Shown: positions 19,810 through 30,319, counted from the stretch's first letter. The stretch is 64,000 nucleotides of DNA from Candidatus Bathyarchaeia archaeon (GCA_050013255.1 JBEKFP010000001.1:1088001-1152000); one strand, 5' to 3'. Notes: a model not told the origin generated them from the sequence alone. Program-made: numbers and translations.

Positions 19810-20875
19810 CGCTCAAGAGCGCATCAATAGCCACCTGAACTCGGTTTGGTGCAACTTCTTTGATCACCTTACAGAAACGCACCGATTTTATCCGCCTATT
19901 CTGTGCTTCCACAGTCGACCGGAATGAGCTAAGGACCGAATCTATGCTTTCGTCTCGCTGCGCGAACGCGTAGAAGTGGACCATACCCCCCTCGTCCTTG
20001 AGTATCTGAGAAGCGGCAGGAAGGTAATTCACAGCTTCAGAAGGAAGGTTCATAATAACGCGGTTAGCGAGTCCGCGCAAATCTTTTCCCACTAGCTCTT
20101 TCACGTCACCGTACATTGGAATTACCCGGTCGGCAACACCGTTCGCAAAGGCGTTCTCGCTAAGATACTTCACAGCCGCTGGATTAATGTCCACAGAATA
20201 GACAGTCGACTTTGGTTGGAGTTTCGCGATCAGTACGGAGTATGGGCCCACGCCAGCAAACATGTCAACAACAAACTCATCAGGCATAACCTGTTGAGCG
20301 ATTCGCATCCGCTCACGGGAAAGTCTTGGGCTAAAGTAGACCGTTGAAACGTCGAGATGGTACCGACATGAAAACTCCCGATAGAATGTTTCAGTCCCGC
20401 CAACCCCTGCCATGACTTTGAACTTTCGAGTTCTGAATGGGCCCTCAACTTGGCTAGATCTTCTTAACGCGAGTCGGATGTGGGGGTTTGTTTCTATGAT
20501 TCCTCGTCCAATAACTGCTGAGAACTGTTCCATGCTTTCGGGTAATTCGATAACGGCAATGTCCCCAATCGCGTCGAAAGACCGAGGCAATTTTGATATC
20601 AATTCATCCGGAATTTTGCCTCGAAGATATGCATCAAGTCTTCTGGGTTTCTTCTCGATTTCTCCGAAGAAGCCGCGTTGACTCCTAAAGTCACCAACTT
20701 GCACTTTCATTAGTCGGGTTTCGTTTTCTGTCAACTCACGGAGCAGGGGCACGTGGATGGCCCTATCTGTCCGAAGAAATTGGCGGCTGTTATCAACGAG
20801 CTCAAGCTCTCGCAATAGCCGGAGTCCTTTTTCCGCCATGCTCAAGGGTAAGAGTATTCCGTCTTGTTCCTTCAA
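19793..20875 (-). CDS. trm5: Trm5/Met-10+ family tRNA methyltransferase (m1G37 / wyosine pathway)
   Basis: FDAIGDIA, YFSPRLSRER, DMFAGVGP, DINP, IMNLP. Confidence 0.9.
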   Translation of the reverse strand: MKEQDGILLPLSMAEKGLRLLRELELVDNSRQFLRTDRAIHVPLLRELTENETRLMKVQVGDFRSQRGFFGEIEKKPRRLDAYLRGKIPDELISKLPRSFDAIGDIAVIELPESMEQFSAVIGRGIIETNPHIRLALRRSSQVEGPFRTRKFKVMAGVGGTETFYREFSCRYHLDVSTVYFSPRLSRERMRIAQQVMPDEFVVDMFAGVGPYSVLIAKLQPKSTVYSVDINPAAVKYLSENAFANGVADRVIPMYGDVKELVGKDLRGLANRVIMNLPSEAVNYLPAASQILKDEGGMVHFYAFAQRDESIDSVLSSFRSTVEAQNRRIKSVRFCKVIKEVAPNRVQVAIDALLSARAPR

Positions 20876-20977
20876 AGTTCATCCCATCCAGCTTGAGGGG
20901 TACTACCTGCGCATTGAGCTGCACAATGCTAAATACTCAAGCAGCCCACTAACAAAAACGCAAGTGAGGCTTTAGCT

Positions 20978-21319
20978 TTGGTGCAATGGCGAAGGCGGGA
21001 AGAAGTCATAGGCAAAGAAGTAGTCGATAGCGAAGCAAAGAAGTTGGGTGTTACGAAGGATTTCGCATGGTCATCTGACGGCCGGCTAGCGTTGGTTATT
21101 GAGGCAGGGGAGGAGGAAGAATCGTTCCTTTCCTTCGACGACATAGAAAAGATCGGTGATGTTGTCTTCGTGAAAGCCAAGTCTGCGTTAGTGGTTGCGC
21201 CGTCAGTTATTTGCCCTGTGTGTAAGAACAAGAACTTGGTCGAAGCGAAGTTCTGCGCCAAATGTGGCCGAGTTTTGGAAAACAGGGATGAAAAGAAAGA
21301 GAGGAAACGTCCCGCTTAG
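20978..21319 (+). CDS. PRC-barrel domain protein with C-terminal Zn ribbon
   Basis: VIGKEVVDSEAKKLGVTKD...IEKIGDVVFVK PRC pattern; CPVC...FCAKCG. Confidence 0.8.
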   Translation: MVQWRRREEVIGKEVVDSEAKKLGVTKDFAWSSDGRLALVIEAGEEEESFLSFDDIEKIGDVVFVKAKSALVVAPSVICPVCKNKNLVEAKFCAKCGRVLENRDEKKERKRPA

Positions 21320-21440
21320 CAGACCCATTGGCTATTCTATGACGCCATGCCGTGGCTTTCATCGAACTTGTCTTAGGGTAGCTTGCTTTCCATTCCACAG
21401 AGGCCATTGTTTGCTTCATATCTACTTGGAATCTCCATAG

Positions 21441-24389
21441 ATGGCAAAAACACTTTTATTCGCACCAAAGCATGCCCAGCGAGTGCCCTGGATGTCCTTA
21501 AAGAGGCCAACGGGGGATTTAAGGAGAAAAATCATCCCCGCCATCGCCTTAATGGTCGTAGTTCTGTTCTCCGGAACTGGTTACACTACGAACGTTTTCG
21601 CCCACACGGGAAACCTTTCGCCTGGTCTTTACGTTGCAGCTGTCACTCCCATACCCCAGCTCAGACTAACCGAGTGGGCTGTGCCATCAACGTCTGGTGG
21701 TCCAGTTGGAATCGGAATAGATAACTTCGGGAAAGTCTGGATAACCGAGAACGTGACTGGCAAACTCGCTAGTTTCGACCCCTCCAATAATGATTTCACT
21801 GAATGGAACACGCCTTCAACCCAAAGTCAGCCACGGAACCTGTTCATTAAAGAGGTCAGCATCTCAGGTGTTAATTATACTCAGGTTTTCTTCACAGAAT
21901 ATGCGGCGAATGCTATCGCTCGTTTCAACGTAGCCAACAACACCTTTACCGAATGGCACCTCGCGCCTGGGGGTAACCCTGTTGGAATCTACGTCGACGA
22001 GAACAATGATATCTGGTTCACCGAGTCTGGAAGAGACGCAATAGGTAGAATCCGCACTAGCAATAACAATCTAACAGAGTGGACTCTACCAGGGGCGACC
22101 ACAACTCCAGGCTCGCCACTCCTGAAACCTTGGGGCATTTACGTTCAGGTGGTTACGTCTCCGAATGCTGGAACTAACCGATTCGTATGGTTCACTGAAA
22201 CCACAGGTGACATGATTGGCCGGTTAGAGGCAACCAGTAATCGCCTGACCCTGTGGAACCTTAACACCCTAGGCGCTTCATACCAGCCGACGGACATAAC
22301 TTACGGTTCGGTAACCTCAGTTCCCTCAATAATTTTCTCAAATGCTAACGCCAATCGGATCTCGATTCTCTGGAATGACACGGGTGGAGCATTATCAACC
22401 TATAGAGACTCCCTTATCCCAACCGTTGCTTCAGGGCCGACAGGCGTAACATTCGACTCTTCTCGAAGTGCGGTATGGTTCGCAGAAATCAACGCGGGGA
22501 AAATTGCGAACTTGAACACAACAACTGTTTTCGCCCCCGTAAGCCTAACTGCGGATTACTGCACAATCCCACCACCTATAGGAGTACCCTCCTGTCCCTC
22601 TCCCGCAACAATGACTTCGAACATCTTGTCGTCGACAGTTACGGCCAATGTACCGGCGAGTTCCTCAACTGAAGCTCCTCTCCAAACCTCAAACGTAGGA
22701 ATATCTCAGGGTCCTGTGAACGGTTTTACTGAGTATAGCCTTCCGAACCAGACCGCGAGACCGGACCAAATGGCTATAGACTCAGCTGATAATCTCTGGT
22801 TTACGGAGAGTAATGCTACTGTAAACCGGATAGGGCGGCTCAGCGTTCCTTATGTTTTTCAAGTTTCTGCCTCTCCAACTTCGCAGACTGTTAACAAGGG
22901 ACAAACAGCAACTTACGATGTGAAGGTGACCTTGACCGGCGGCAGCCCACTGCCCACTCAACTTTCACTTGCGAATGTTCCTCCAAACGTAAATGCCCTG
23001 TTCAACCCACAGACTCAAAACCCACCATTTACGTCGACGCTCACTATTGCCACAACAAATGCGACGTTAACGGGAACTTACCAAATGAATGTTCAAGCCA
23101 AAAGCGGAGGCCAGAACCAGACTACCCCGATTACCCTAACAGTGCAAATCGGGCCACCGCCACCCCCACCAGCATTTGACTACAGAATCAATATGACCAG
23201 TACGACACCTGTGACAATTTCGCAGGGAGGATCAGCTTCTTTTGCCGTGGTGGTCACGCTCACGAGTGGAACTCCCAAGTCTGTAAGCCTAAACTACAGT
23301 GGCCTGCCGCCTCTCGCGACTGCTTCGTTCACCGTTCCCAGCGGGATGCCAACGTTTACTTCTGAACTTGACATCCAGACTAATGCGGATACCCCAGCCG
23401 GCTCATACCCAATAACGATTACAGGAATGTCCAGCGGTGGATCACCCCAACATCCGGCCAAGACCCCGGTTTTAGTAATTACTGAATTGTTCAGAGACTT
23501 CAACATAACCTCGCATGTCAGCCAGGTCATTTTGGTGCAGGGGTCTCGAGTCGATATCCCGATCACTGTAACCTCCGCCGGATCCTTCGACAGCACGGTG
23601 AACCTCGCCGGGTCATTCTCACCGAAGGAAGTTGGTCTAGGTGTTGGTTTCTCGCCAGCGAACTTGCAACTCCTGCCGGGAGAGGTTGGGTCAACGACCA
23701 TGGAAATTATTGCGTTCAAGGATACAACTGGAACCTACCAGCTGACAATTACTGGAACAAGCTCGAACCCATCTAGAACGCATCAAATAGTCATCAGCGT
23801 TCGCGTATCACCTTGCATTATCGCAACGGCCACGTTTGGCTCAGAGCTTGCGCCTGAAGTTCAGTTTCTACGGGGCTTCCGGGACCAACAGATAATGCAA
23901 ACATTCGCTGGCTCAAACTTCATGACGGTTTTTAATGCATGGTATTACTCCTTCAGTCCCGCAGTCGCACAATATGAGTACACGCATTCGACAACTCGGT
24001 TTATGATCAAGCAAGCACTATACCCGTTGATGGGTATCCTACACCTCGCATCCTCAACCTACGCCTTGCTCGGGTTTGAACCAGAAGCGGCTGCTTTAGT
24101 GGCTGGCATAATCGCTAGTTCCCTCATCGGGGTCGCATACCTTGGCCTCCCACTCTCAGGGGTACTTTGGCTTGAGAGAAAAAGAATCAGCGCCAAAACA
24201 AAAGGCAGAGTTGCGAAATGGATGGCCATTGCTTTTGTAACACTTTTAGCAGGGTTTGTTGTTTCAGAGTTATTCGCGATACCTGTTCTGATGATGGCTG
24301 CGAGTGCGGCGCTCGTTCTGACAGCTTTGCTGGCAGGAAGCATCGTGCCAGCGCTTGAGCTATTTGAATACGCCAAGCGTCGAGCCTAA
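21441..24389 (+). CDS. Cell-surface protein: Vgb-like beta-propeller repeats, Ig-like repeats, CFI-box-CTERM and TM anchor
   Basis: N-terminal hydrophobic signal segment; repeated PxGIxxD..WFTE..IGR; three beta-sandwich repeats (GTY/GSY); CIIATATFGSELAPEVQFLRGFRD. Confidence 0.85.
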   Translation: MAKTLLFAPKHAQRVPWMSLKRPTGDLRRKIIPAIALMVVVLFSGTGYTTNVFAHTGNLSPGLYVAAVTPIPQLRLTEWAVPSTSGGPVGIGIDNFGKVWITENVTGKLASFDPSNNDFTEWNTPSTQSQPRNLFIKEVSISGVNYTQVFFTEYAANAIARFNVANNTFTEWHLAPGGNPVGIYVDENNDIWFTESGRDAIGRIRTSNNNLTEWTLPGATTTPGSPLLKPWGIYVQVVTSPNAGTNRFVWFTETTGDMIGRLEATSNRLTLWNLNTLGASYQPTDITYGSVTSVPSIIFSNANANRISILWNDTGGALSTYRDSLIPTVASGPTGVTFDSSRSAVWFAEINAGKIANLNTTTVFAPVSLTADYCTIPPPIGVPSCPSPATMTSNILSSTVTANVPASSSTEAPLQTSNVGISQGPVNGFTEYSLPNQTARPDQMAIDSADNLWFTESNATVNRIGRLSVPYVFQVSASPTSQTVNKGQTATYDVKVTLTGGSPLPTQLSLANVPPNVNALFNPQTQNPPFTSTLTIATTNATLTGTYQMNVQAKSGGQNQTTPITLTVQIGPPPPPPAFDYRINMTSTTPVTISQGGSASFAVVVTLTSGTPKSVSLNYSGLPPLATASFTVPSGMPTFTSELDIQTNADTPAGSYPITITGMSSGGSPQHPAKTPVLVITELFRDFNITSHVSQVILVQGSRVDIPITVTSAGSFDSTVNLAGSFSPKEVGLGVGFSPANLQLLPGEVGSTTMEIIAFKDTTGTYQLTITGTSSNPSRTHQIVISVRVSPCIIATATFGSELAPEVQFLRGFRDQQIMQTFAGSNFMTVFNAWYYSFSPAVAQYEYTHSTTRFMIKQALYPLMGILHLASSTYALLGFEPEAAALVAGIIASSLIGVAYLGLPLSGVLWLERKRISAKTKGRVAKWMAIAFVTLLAGFVVSELFAIPVLMMAASAALVLTALLAGSIVPALELFEYAKRRA

Positions 24390-25642
24390 ACACCACTTTT
24401 TCTACGTGCTTCCGATTGCATTGCTTCTCGCATCACCATATCTGATACTTCTCGGGCGGGGATGGAGAGCACCTCAGCTATCGCACGAATATCTTCGAAT
24501 TCCGGTTTTACTCTTACAATTTTGCCGAATCCGTCCCTAGCGACTTTCATCCTCACATCAAAGATCTTGCCCGATACGTGTAATTTAATTTTTTCAATCT
24601 CCCTTTGCAAAGTGATGCGATTCCATAATTGAAATCTGACGCCGAGCGTTCCCGTTTCTTGAATCATAATCTCGGCGATCTTCTGTGCATCACGTGGTTC
24701 ACAAATCGCATGTAGAACTTGACCGGGGCGTGTCTTCTTGAACAGTGCTGGGGTAATCCAGGCATCCATTGCACCGGACTCAAGAATCCGTTGTAAGGCG
24801 TAACCTAGTGTCTCACCCGGTACGTCGTCAAGGTTTGTCTCAAGGACTTGAACCGTTTCAGACTCGAACCCTCCGGACACAGCGCGTCCAATGACGACCC
24901 TGAGTAAATTCGGTGTCTTAGCCAGCTCATTCTTGCCAGCACCATACCCTACGTTTTCGGGGACCATTGGCGGATAAGATTCGAGAAATTTCGTCGTCAA
25001 GGCGGCAAGCATAGAAACGCCTGTGGGGGTCGCAAGTTCCCCAGCTTCAGGGCCGCCGATAATTGGGATTCCACTTCGGGTAGCTATCTCCAGAACGGCT
25101 GGCGCCGGGCTTGCGACGGTTCCATGGGAAAAAGCAATTGGGCCGCCTCCAACAGCTACCGCAGATGAACATATTTCACCATCAAAAACTCCTAGGGAGT
25201 CGCAGGCAGCTGCCGCGCCGAAAATGTCCGCCAAAGTGTCTGTCGAACCGGCCTCATGCAGATGTGCCTCCGAAATCTGAACACCGTGCAGTTTACTCTC
25301 AGCTTTGGTTAGGGCTCGGATCGTAGCCCGCGCGAAAGACTTCGCTCTTTCGCTTAGGTTTGATGCATCTGCTATTGCATCAGTTGCCTGAATGAGTTCT
25401 TGGGCGGGGGTTTCTTCATCCTTCTCGGAAATTGTGAAATCCACTGAACACGATCGAAATTCATGTTTCTTGACCTCTCTGGTCACAAGGTGAAGTGACT
25501 TGCATCTGGGATAATGTTTCGGGATTAGTTCTAGGATTTCTTGAATTCTGCCGATATCCGCTCCGGCATCGATCAAAGCGGCTAACAGCATGTCTCCTGA
25601 TATGCCTGCAGTCTGACAGTCAATGAAAGTTAGCTTGGGCAA
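24386..25642 (-). CDS. larC: Nickel-pincer cofactor biosynthesis protein LarC
   Basis: GISGDMLLAAL, HLHEAG, SHG, TPTG, LETNLDD, KPEFED. Confidence 0.93.
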   Translation of the reverse strand: MPKLTFIDCQTAGISGDMLLAALIDAGADIGRIQEILELIPKHYPRCKSLHLVTREVKKHEFRSCSVDFTISEKDEETPAQELIQATDAIADASNLSERAKSFARATIRALTKAESKLHGVQISEAHLHEAGSTDTLADIFGAAAACDSLGVFDGEICSSAVAVGGGPIAFSHGTVASPAPAVLEIATRSGIPIIGGPEAGELATPTGVSMLAALTTKFLESYPPMVPENVGYGAGKNELAKTPNLLRVVIGRAVSGGFESETVQVLETNLDDVPGETLGYALQRILESGAMDAWITPALFKKTRPGQVLHAICEPRDAQKIAEIMIQETGTLGVRFQLWNRITLQREIEKIKLHVSGKIFDVRMKVARDGFGKIVRVKPEFEDIRAIAEVLSIPAREVSDMVMREAMQSEARRKSGV

Positions 25643-25720
25643 GGCTTTGATTTTCCTGCATCATATCTAAATGCCCTAGAGAAATAAGTCATTGCGGTAA
25701 CCATTGAGAAGTTCAGCCAT

Positions 25721-26716
25721 TTAGATTGCCATTCGCGTTCCCACGCCACGTTTCAACGCGAGCTCGTAGACCTTGCTAGCTGTTGAGACGTCTTGGATTG
25801 CGAGCCCTAAGGATTTGAAAATAGTTATTTCATGATCACTTATTCTGCCCACTTTCTTGTTCGTTACAATCTCGCCGAGTTCAGCGTAGATTTGATCAGG
25901 GGTGATAAGGCCCTGCGAAATTGGAATCATTATGTCTCCAGCTTCTTTTAATGCGGCTTCTCTTGAATCGACGACTAATTTCGCTCGTTTTATGGATGTG
26001 GCGTCGAGTTCTCGGGTATCCGGCGTATGAGAGCCGATCGCGTTCACATGGGTCCCTTCTTCTAGCCAGTCGCCGTTCAAAGTCGGCGTTTTTGAAGTGC
26101 TGGTTGTAATGACTATGTCGGATCCCCTTACAGCCTTCTCGGCGCTATCAACCGGCGCGATTTGAATGTCAAGCTCCTTCGAGAGCTGCTTGCAGAAGAG
26201 TTCGCACCTATCGCGGGCGACGTCGTAGGCCTTTACTTTCTCCACTCTCCTGACCTTGGAGACTGCAATGATCTGGGTTCTTCCCTGAACCCCGGCGCCC
26301 AGTATTCCAACTTTCTTTGCGTCCTTTCTAGCCAAGTATTTGGCCGCAACTCCTCCCGCAGCACCCGTTCGCATAGCCGTCAGAAAAGTTCCATCCATTA
26401 TTGCAAGTAACTCACCATTCTTCGGATCTATAAGGAGGACTACGCCAAGGGTTGTTGGCAGAGCGTATCTTGAGGGGTTGTCGGGATACACGGACACTAC
26501 TTTTATTCCGATTGCACCCATTGTCTCCATGTAGGCGGGCATGAAGAGAGTTGTTCCCTTAGCCTTCTCAAGCCTGATGCCGGACCTGACAGGCATGTTT
26601 GTGGTTCCTTGCCCATGTTCCTTGAATGCTGTTTCAACGGCCTCCAGCGTGTCATCCATGGTGAGGCATGCTTCAACATCTTTTCTGGTCAGAAAGAGCG
26701 CCATTACTGACGGCAC
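25721..26716 (-). CDS. Ornithine cyclodeaminase / mu-crystallin family (archaeal alanine dehydrogenase-like)
   Basis: MPAY, KVVSVYPDN, TAMRTGAA, GAGVQG, FKSLGLAIQD. Confidence 0.9.
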   Translation of the reverse strand: MPSVMALFLTRKDVEACLTMDDTLEAVETAFKEHGQGTTNMPVRSGIRLEKAKGTTLFMPAYMETMGAIGIKVVSVYPDNPSRYALPTTLGVVLLIDPKNGELLAIMDGTFLTAMRTGAAGGVAAKYLARKDAKKVGILGAGVQGRTQIIAVSKVRRVEKVKAYDVARDRCELFCKQLSKELDIQIAPVDSAEKAVRGSDIVITTSTSKTPTLNGDWLEEGTHVNAIGSHTPDTRELDATSIKRAKLVVDSREAALKEAGDIMIPISQGLITPDQIYAELGEIVTNKKVGRISDHEITIFKSLGLAIQDVSTASKVYELALKRGVGTRMAI

Positions 26717-26762
26717 CGTTTTGCTTTTGCAAGGCTTTGCTCGATAAACCTATTTCACGAAA

Positions 26763-27152
26763 TCATTCCCTATATGCAATGGCTTCAATCTCAATGAGCA
26801 TGCCTTGTGCAGGTAGTTTAGCCTCGACGGTAGTTCTTGCTGGGGGGTCCTCGGGAAAGAACGTCTTGTAGACTTCGTTCGCCTTCTTGAAATCATCCAT
26901 GTTCTTGAGAAAAATTGATACCTTTACCACGTCGCGCATTGAAAAGCCCGAGGCCTCAACGATGCCTTTGATATTCGCTAATGTCTGACGAGTTTGAGTC
27001 TCTATTCCCTCAGCCATCTGCCCCGTCTTAGGGTCGGCTGCTCCTTGCCCGGCCACGAACAGAAGATTACCTGCTTTGACACCCTGAGAGTAAGGCCCCA
27101 AGGGCTGCGGGGCATTAGGTGTTCGAACGAGCTGCTTCAACGCACTCCCCAC
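26763..27152 (-). CDS. ridA: RidA family imine deaminase
   Basis: GPYSQG, GQG, PPARTTV, IEIEAIA. Confidence 0.93.
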   Translation of the reverse strand: MGSALKQLVRTPNAPQPLGPYSQGVKAGNLLFVAGQGAADPKTGQMAEGIETQTRQTLANIKGIVEASGFSMRDVVKVSIFLKNMDDFKKANEVYKTFFPEDPPARTTVEAKLPAQGMLIEIEAIAYRE

Positions 27153-27182
27153 CTTTCAGGTTCATTTTGCCTTCTAAAGTGT

Positions 27183-27461
27183 TCATCCGGGTGGTTTAAG
27201 GCTGAAAGGCTTGCCTTCTGTGAGAACTTTTTCGGGAATCTTGCTTCTCCATTTCTCAAGGAATTTCAGATCTTCATCTCGCTCTCTTAGCTCGTCGGGA
27301 AGCATGTGCGGAATCTCGTCAATTATCGGGTAGTATCGGTTGCATTTTAAGCATGTGATTATTCCTGAGCTGATTTCTTCTTTTTCCTCGAAGACGAGCA
27401 GCTCAAGCGGATAGGATTTGTCTATTGGGCAGGCGAGTATATCCATCAATTTCCGTTTCAA
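27183..27461 (-). CDS. trm112: Trm112 methyltransferase activator
   Basis: LMDILACP, CLKCNRYYPIIDEIPHML. Confidence 0.9.
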   Translation of the reverse strand: MKRKLMDILACPIDKSYPLELLVFEEKEEISSGIITCLKCNRYYPIIDEIPHMLPDELRERDEDLKFLEKWRSKIPEKVLTEGKPFSLKPPG

Positions 27462-27535
27462 CGCAGGATCATCCGTGTTTTATCAACCTTTCAACTGAAA
27501 TATACCACTTTCGAGTCTCCTCCGCCGGTTGCCCA

Positions 27536-27916
27536 ATGAATCCACAGGCCCCTGATGGGTCGGAGCAGCTGTTCCGCGCGAAAGTGGTCGGTCTCATAAT
27601 CGATGGACGGGCCGAGCTTGCTTTGAAGCTCCTTTCAAAGTACTACGCAATTAGCGAACCAGCCTTGAAGGTGGGTACAGTGAAGCGGCATAGACGAGTT
27701 TTAGCTTGCTACTTGGAGAAAGAGAGGCGGATCTACTTGTCGAAGAGTGAATACATAACAAATCCCTTCGTGATCTTGCACGAGTTCTACCACCATCTCA
27801 GGTCTTCGCAGATCATGAGAAAGGGACAAGTAGAGAAACGCGCTGACCTATTCGCTACAAACTTCATTCGTGATTTCGTATCTCAACATCAGTTAACTCG
27901 CGGAGGGAACCGTTAG
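27536..27916 (+). CDS. Small zincin-like (HExxH) protein
   Basis: VILHEFYHH followed by EKRADLFA. Confidence 0.7.
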   Translation: MNPQAPDGSEQLFRAKVVGLIIDGRAELALKLLSKYYAISEPALKVGTVKRHRRVLACYLEKERRIYLSKSEYITNPFVILHEFYHHLRSSQIMRKGQVEKRADLFATNFIRDFVSQHQLTRGGNR

Positions 27917-28861
27917 CGTGACCGTCCGCCCCAAGATACCGGATTGAAGAATAACTTCACAGATTTCGACGGCACGTAACCCGTCCTCGGCGTTTGCACG
28001 AAATGGTTGGTCATTCAGCACAGAGGTGCAAAAATGTGCAAGTTCGGCTCGTAGAGGTTCTTTTCTTTCCAAATTCGGTTTGAAAGATGTGTTAGAATTC
28101 TCGACGAGGACTTCCTGGGTAATGTAATCCAGCAGCACGGTGGCTTCGCTTCCAGTTACGACCAGTGTGCGTGTTTTTCTGGGTGTTAACCAGTTCGCAT
28201 CAATGAAAGCTGTCCCACCGCTCTGAAATTGGAGCATAATTTCGGCATAATCTTCCTTTGTGTGTCTGATGCTGCCCGTTCTCGCGTGAACCGAACTGAC
28301 GTTATCATTGAAGACATACCTCGCCAAGTCGACATCATGGATGGCCGTGTCTCTCACAACACCAACATCACCAATCCTTTCCGGCCACCTTCCCACACGC
28401 CTTGCGAGAAAGAGCATAACCGTCCCGAGTTTTTCATCATCAAGCAAGGATTTCAGGTAATCAACCGCGGGGTTGAACCGTTCAATGTGACCGGGCATTA
28501 ACCTGAGGCTCTCTCGTTTTGCAAGGGAGAGTAGTTCACGAGCTTCCGCAACTGTGTTTGTCATCGGTTTCTCGACGAGGGCATGCTTCCCCGCCAACAA
28601 GGCCTGTGTTGCGATTTGCTTGTGGGTTGTGGTTGGGGTGCAAACCGTTACGGCGTCTAGGTCTTTGCGTGAGAGTACTTCGTCGAGGTGCGTAGAGTAA
28701 GGTACTTTGAATTCTGCTCCCACACTCTTTGCGCTGGCTTCGTTGATGTCGCAGACGCAGACGAGTTCCGCAACGTCCAACTGAGATAGCACGCGCGCCT
28801 GGTTTTTTCCCCAGAAACCTGTCCCGATAACTGCTGTCCTAAGCTTCTTCAACGTGTCCAC
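27893..28861 (-). CDS. Gfo/Idh/MocA oxidoreductase (UDP-GlcNAc(A) 3-dehydrogenase-like)
   Basis: GTGFWG, EKP, GHIERFNPAV, DTAIHDVD; overlaps the nucleotide-sugar dehydrogenase. Confidence 0.87.
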   Translation of the reverse strand: MDTLKKLRTAVIGTGFWGKNQARVLSQLDVAELVCVCDINEASAKSVGAEFKVPYSTHLDEVLSRKDLDAVTVCTPTTTHKQIATQALLAGKHALVEKPMTNTVAEARELLSLAKRESLRLMPGHIERFNPAVDYLKSLLDDEKLGTVMLFLARRVGRWPERIGDVGVVRDTAIHDVDLARYVFNDNVSSVHARTGSIRHTKEDYAEIMLQFQSGGTAFIDANWLTPRKTRTLVVTGSEATVLLDYITQEVLVENSNTSFKPNLERKEPLRAELAHFCTSVLNDQPFRANAEDGLRAVEICEVILQSGILGRTVTLTVPSAS

Positions 28862-30252
28862 AGACCCCTCCCGACACCTCTGTAGACGAGCCCGCTCTTC
28901 TCTACACTTGTCGGGTCAAGGATTCCTGTACAATCAATAATCAGCCCCTTCTTCGACATGTGCGCGGCGAGCTCAACGGTGTCCATGTTCTTGAAATCGT
29001 CGTGTGCGACCGTCAATATCACGCAGTCTGCTTTCTCAACGGCCTTGCGCAGGGTTTGTTCAGACGTGAGTCCGAGTGATTCCATGTCGGATGCGTTGAA
29101 GAGAGGATCGAAGGCTGTGACTCGGGCCCCACGTTTCCTTAGGATCGCTATGAGGTCGAGAGATGGGGAATAACGTGCCTCTTTGACGTTGGGCCGGTAA
29201 CTAATTCCGAGGACAACCACCTTTGCTCTTTTGAGTGATTTGCCTGAAACCCGCATGCCATCGGAAGCAAGCTTGGTGACGTGGCGGGGCATGAGGTCGT
29301 TTATCTTCCGCCCCTCTAGGACTAACCTGAGCCGAGCGTCGAGAGCGTAAGTTTCGCTCGCCAGTAAGTAGGGGTAGACTGGTAAGCAGTGGCCTCCCAC
29401 GCCAACGCCGGTTGAATGAAGATGGGAATAGGGTTGGCTGTTGGCGGTTCTCATAGTCTCCAGGTAGTCCACACCCACCTCCTCGCAGAGAAGTGCGAAC
29501 TCGTTGGCGAGCGCAATGTTAACGTCTCTGTAGATCGTCTCAAAGAGTTTTGATAATTCTGCAGTCCTAATGTCTCGGACGCGGATTAGTTCACCTTTCA
29601 CTATTACTGAGATTGCGGCGCAAGCTGCTTCAAGGCTTTTCTTGTCAACGGCTCCAACAATTTTGCTATAGCTCTGCAGGTCTTGGAGCGCTCTTCCGCC
29701 CATGGCGCGAATAGGACTATAGGCTAGACCGAAGCCTTGGCCTGCGACGAGTCCAGAATATTTCTCAATTGTCGCCTTTACTACACGTTCGGTTACACCG
29801 GGCCCACAAGTGCTCATGAATATCACTAGGCTACCATTCCTCAACCCCTTCCCAATGCTTACGCAGGCGTCTTCGACGGCGGAGTAATCTGCCCGTTTCT
29901 GTCTGTCGATCATTGTTGGAACGACGATGAATAGAATGTCCGAGTCGGCCGCGGCTTCTTCTGTGCTCGTAGTCGCCGTAAATTTGCCAGACCTCGTCGC
30001 TTTCTTCAACATAACGGGGAGGCCTGTCTCATCGATTGGGGGGTCCCCTTTGCTTACCCGTTCGACAACCTTAGGGTTCATATCCACACCGATGACTCGG
30101 GCGCCTGCATCAGCGTAGAGGCATGCTGTCGGTAACCCCATCCAACCTAGCCCGACTACTCCGATGGTTAGTGCGCCAGCACGAATTCTAACAGCAATTT
30201 CACCGGGCTCAAGGGACATAAGTGTCTGAGGCGATGGTGTAAGTGATGACAT
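28849..30252 (-). CDS. Nucleotide-sugar 6-dehydrogenase (WecC/WbpA family)
   Basis: GLGWMGLP, VPT, YRDVNIALANE, GVGGHCLP. Confidence 0.92.
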   Translation of the reverse strand: MSSLTPSPQTLMSLEPGEIAVRIRAGALTIGVVGLGWMGLPTACLYADAGARVIGVDMNPKVVERVSKGDPPIDETGLPVMLKKATRSGKFTATTSTEEAAADSDILFIVVPTMIDRQKRADYSAVEDACVSIGKGLRNGSLVIFMSTCGPGVTERVVKATIEKYSGLVAGQGFGLAYSPIRAMGGRALQDLQSYSKIVGAVDKKSLEAACAAISVIVKGELIRVRDIRTAELSKLFETIYRDVNIALANEFALLCEEVGVDYLETMRTANSQPYSHLHSTGVGVGGHCLPVYPYLLASETYALDARLRLVLEGRKINDLMPRHVTKLASDGMRVSGKSLKRAKVVVLGISYRPNVKEARYSPSLDLIAILRKRGARVTAFDPLFNASDMESLGLTSEQTLRKAVEKADCVILTVAHDDFKNMDTVELAAHMSKKGLIIDCTGILDPTSVEKSGLVYRGVGRGLWTR

Positions 30253-30319
30253 TGAGCGAACCTTGCGTAGGGGCCGCCATAGAAATATTTAACTGTTTTT
30301 AACTCTACACGAGTTAACC

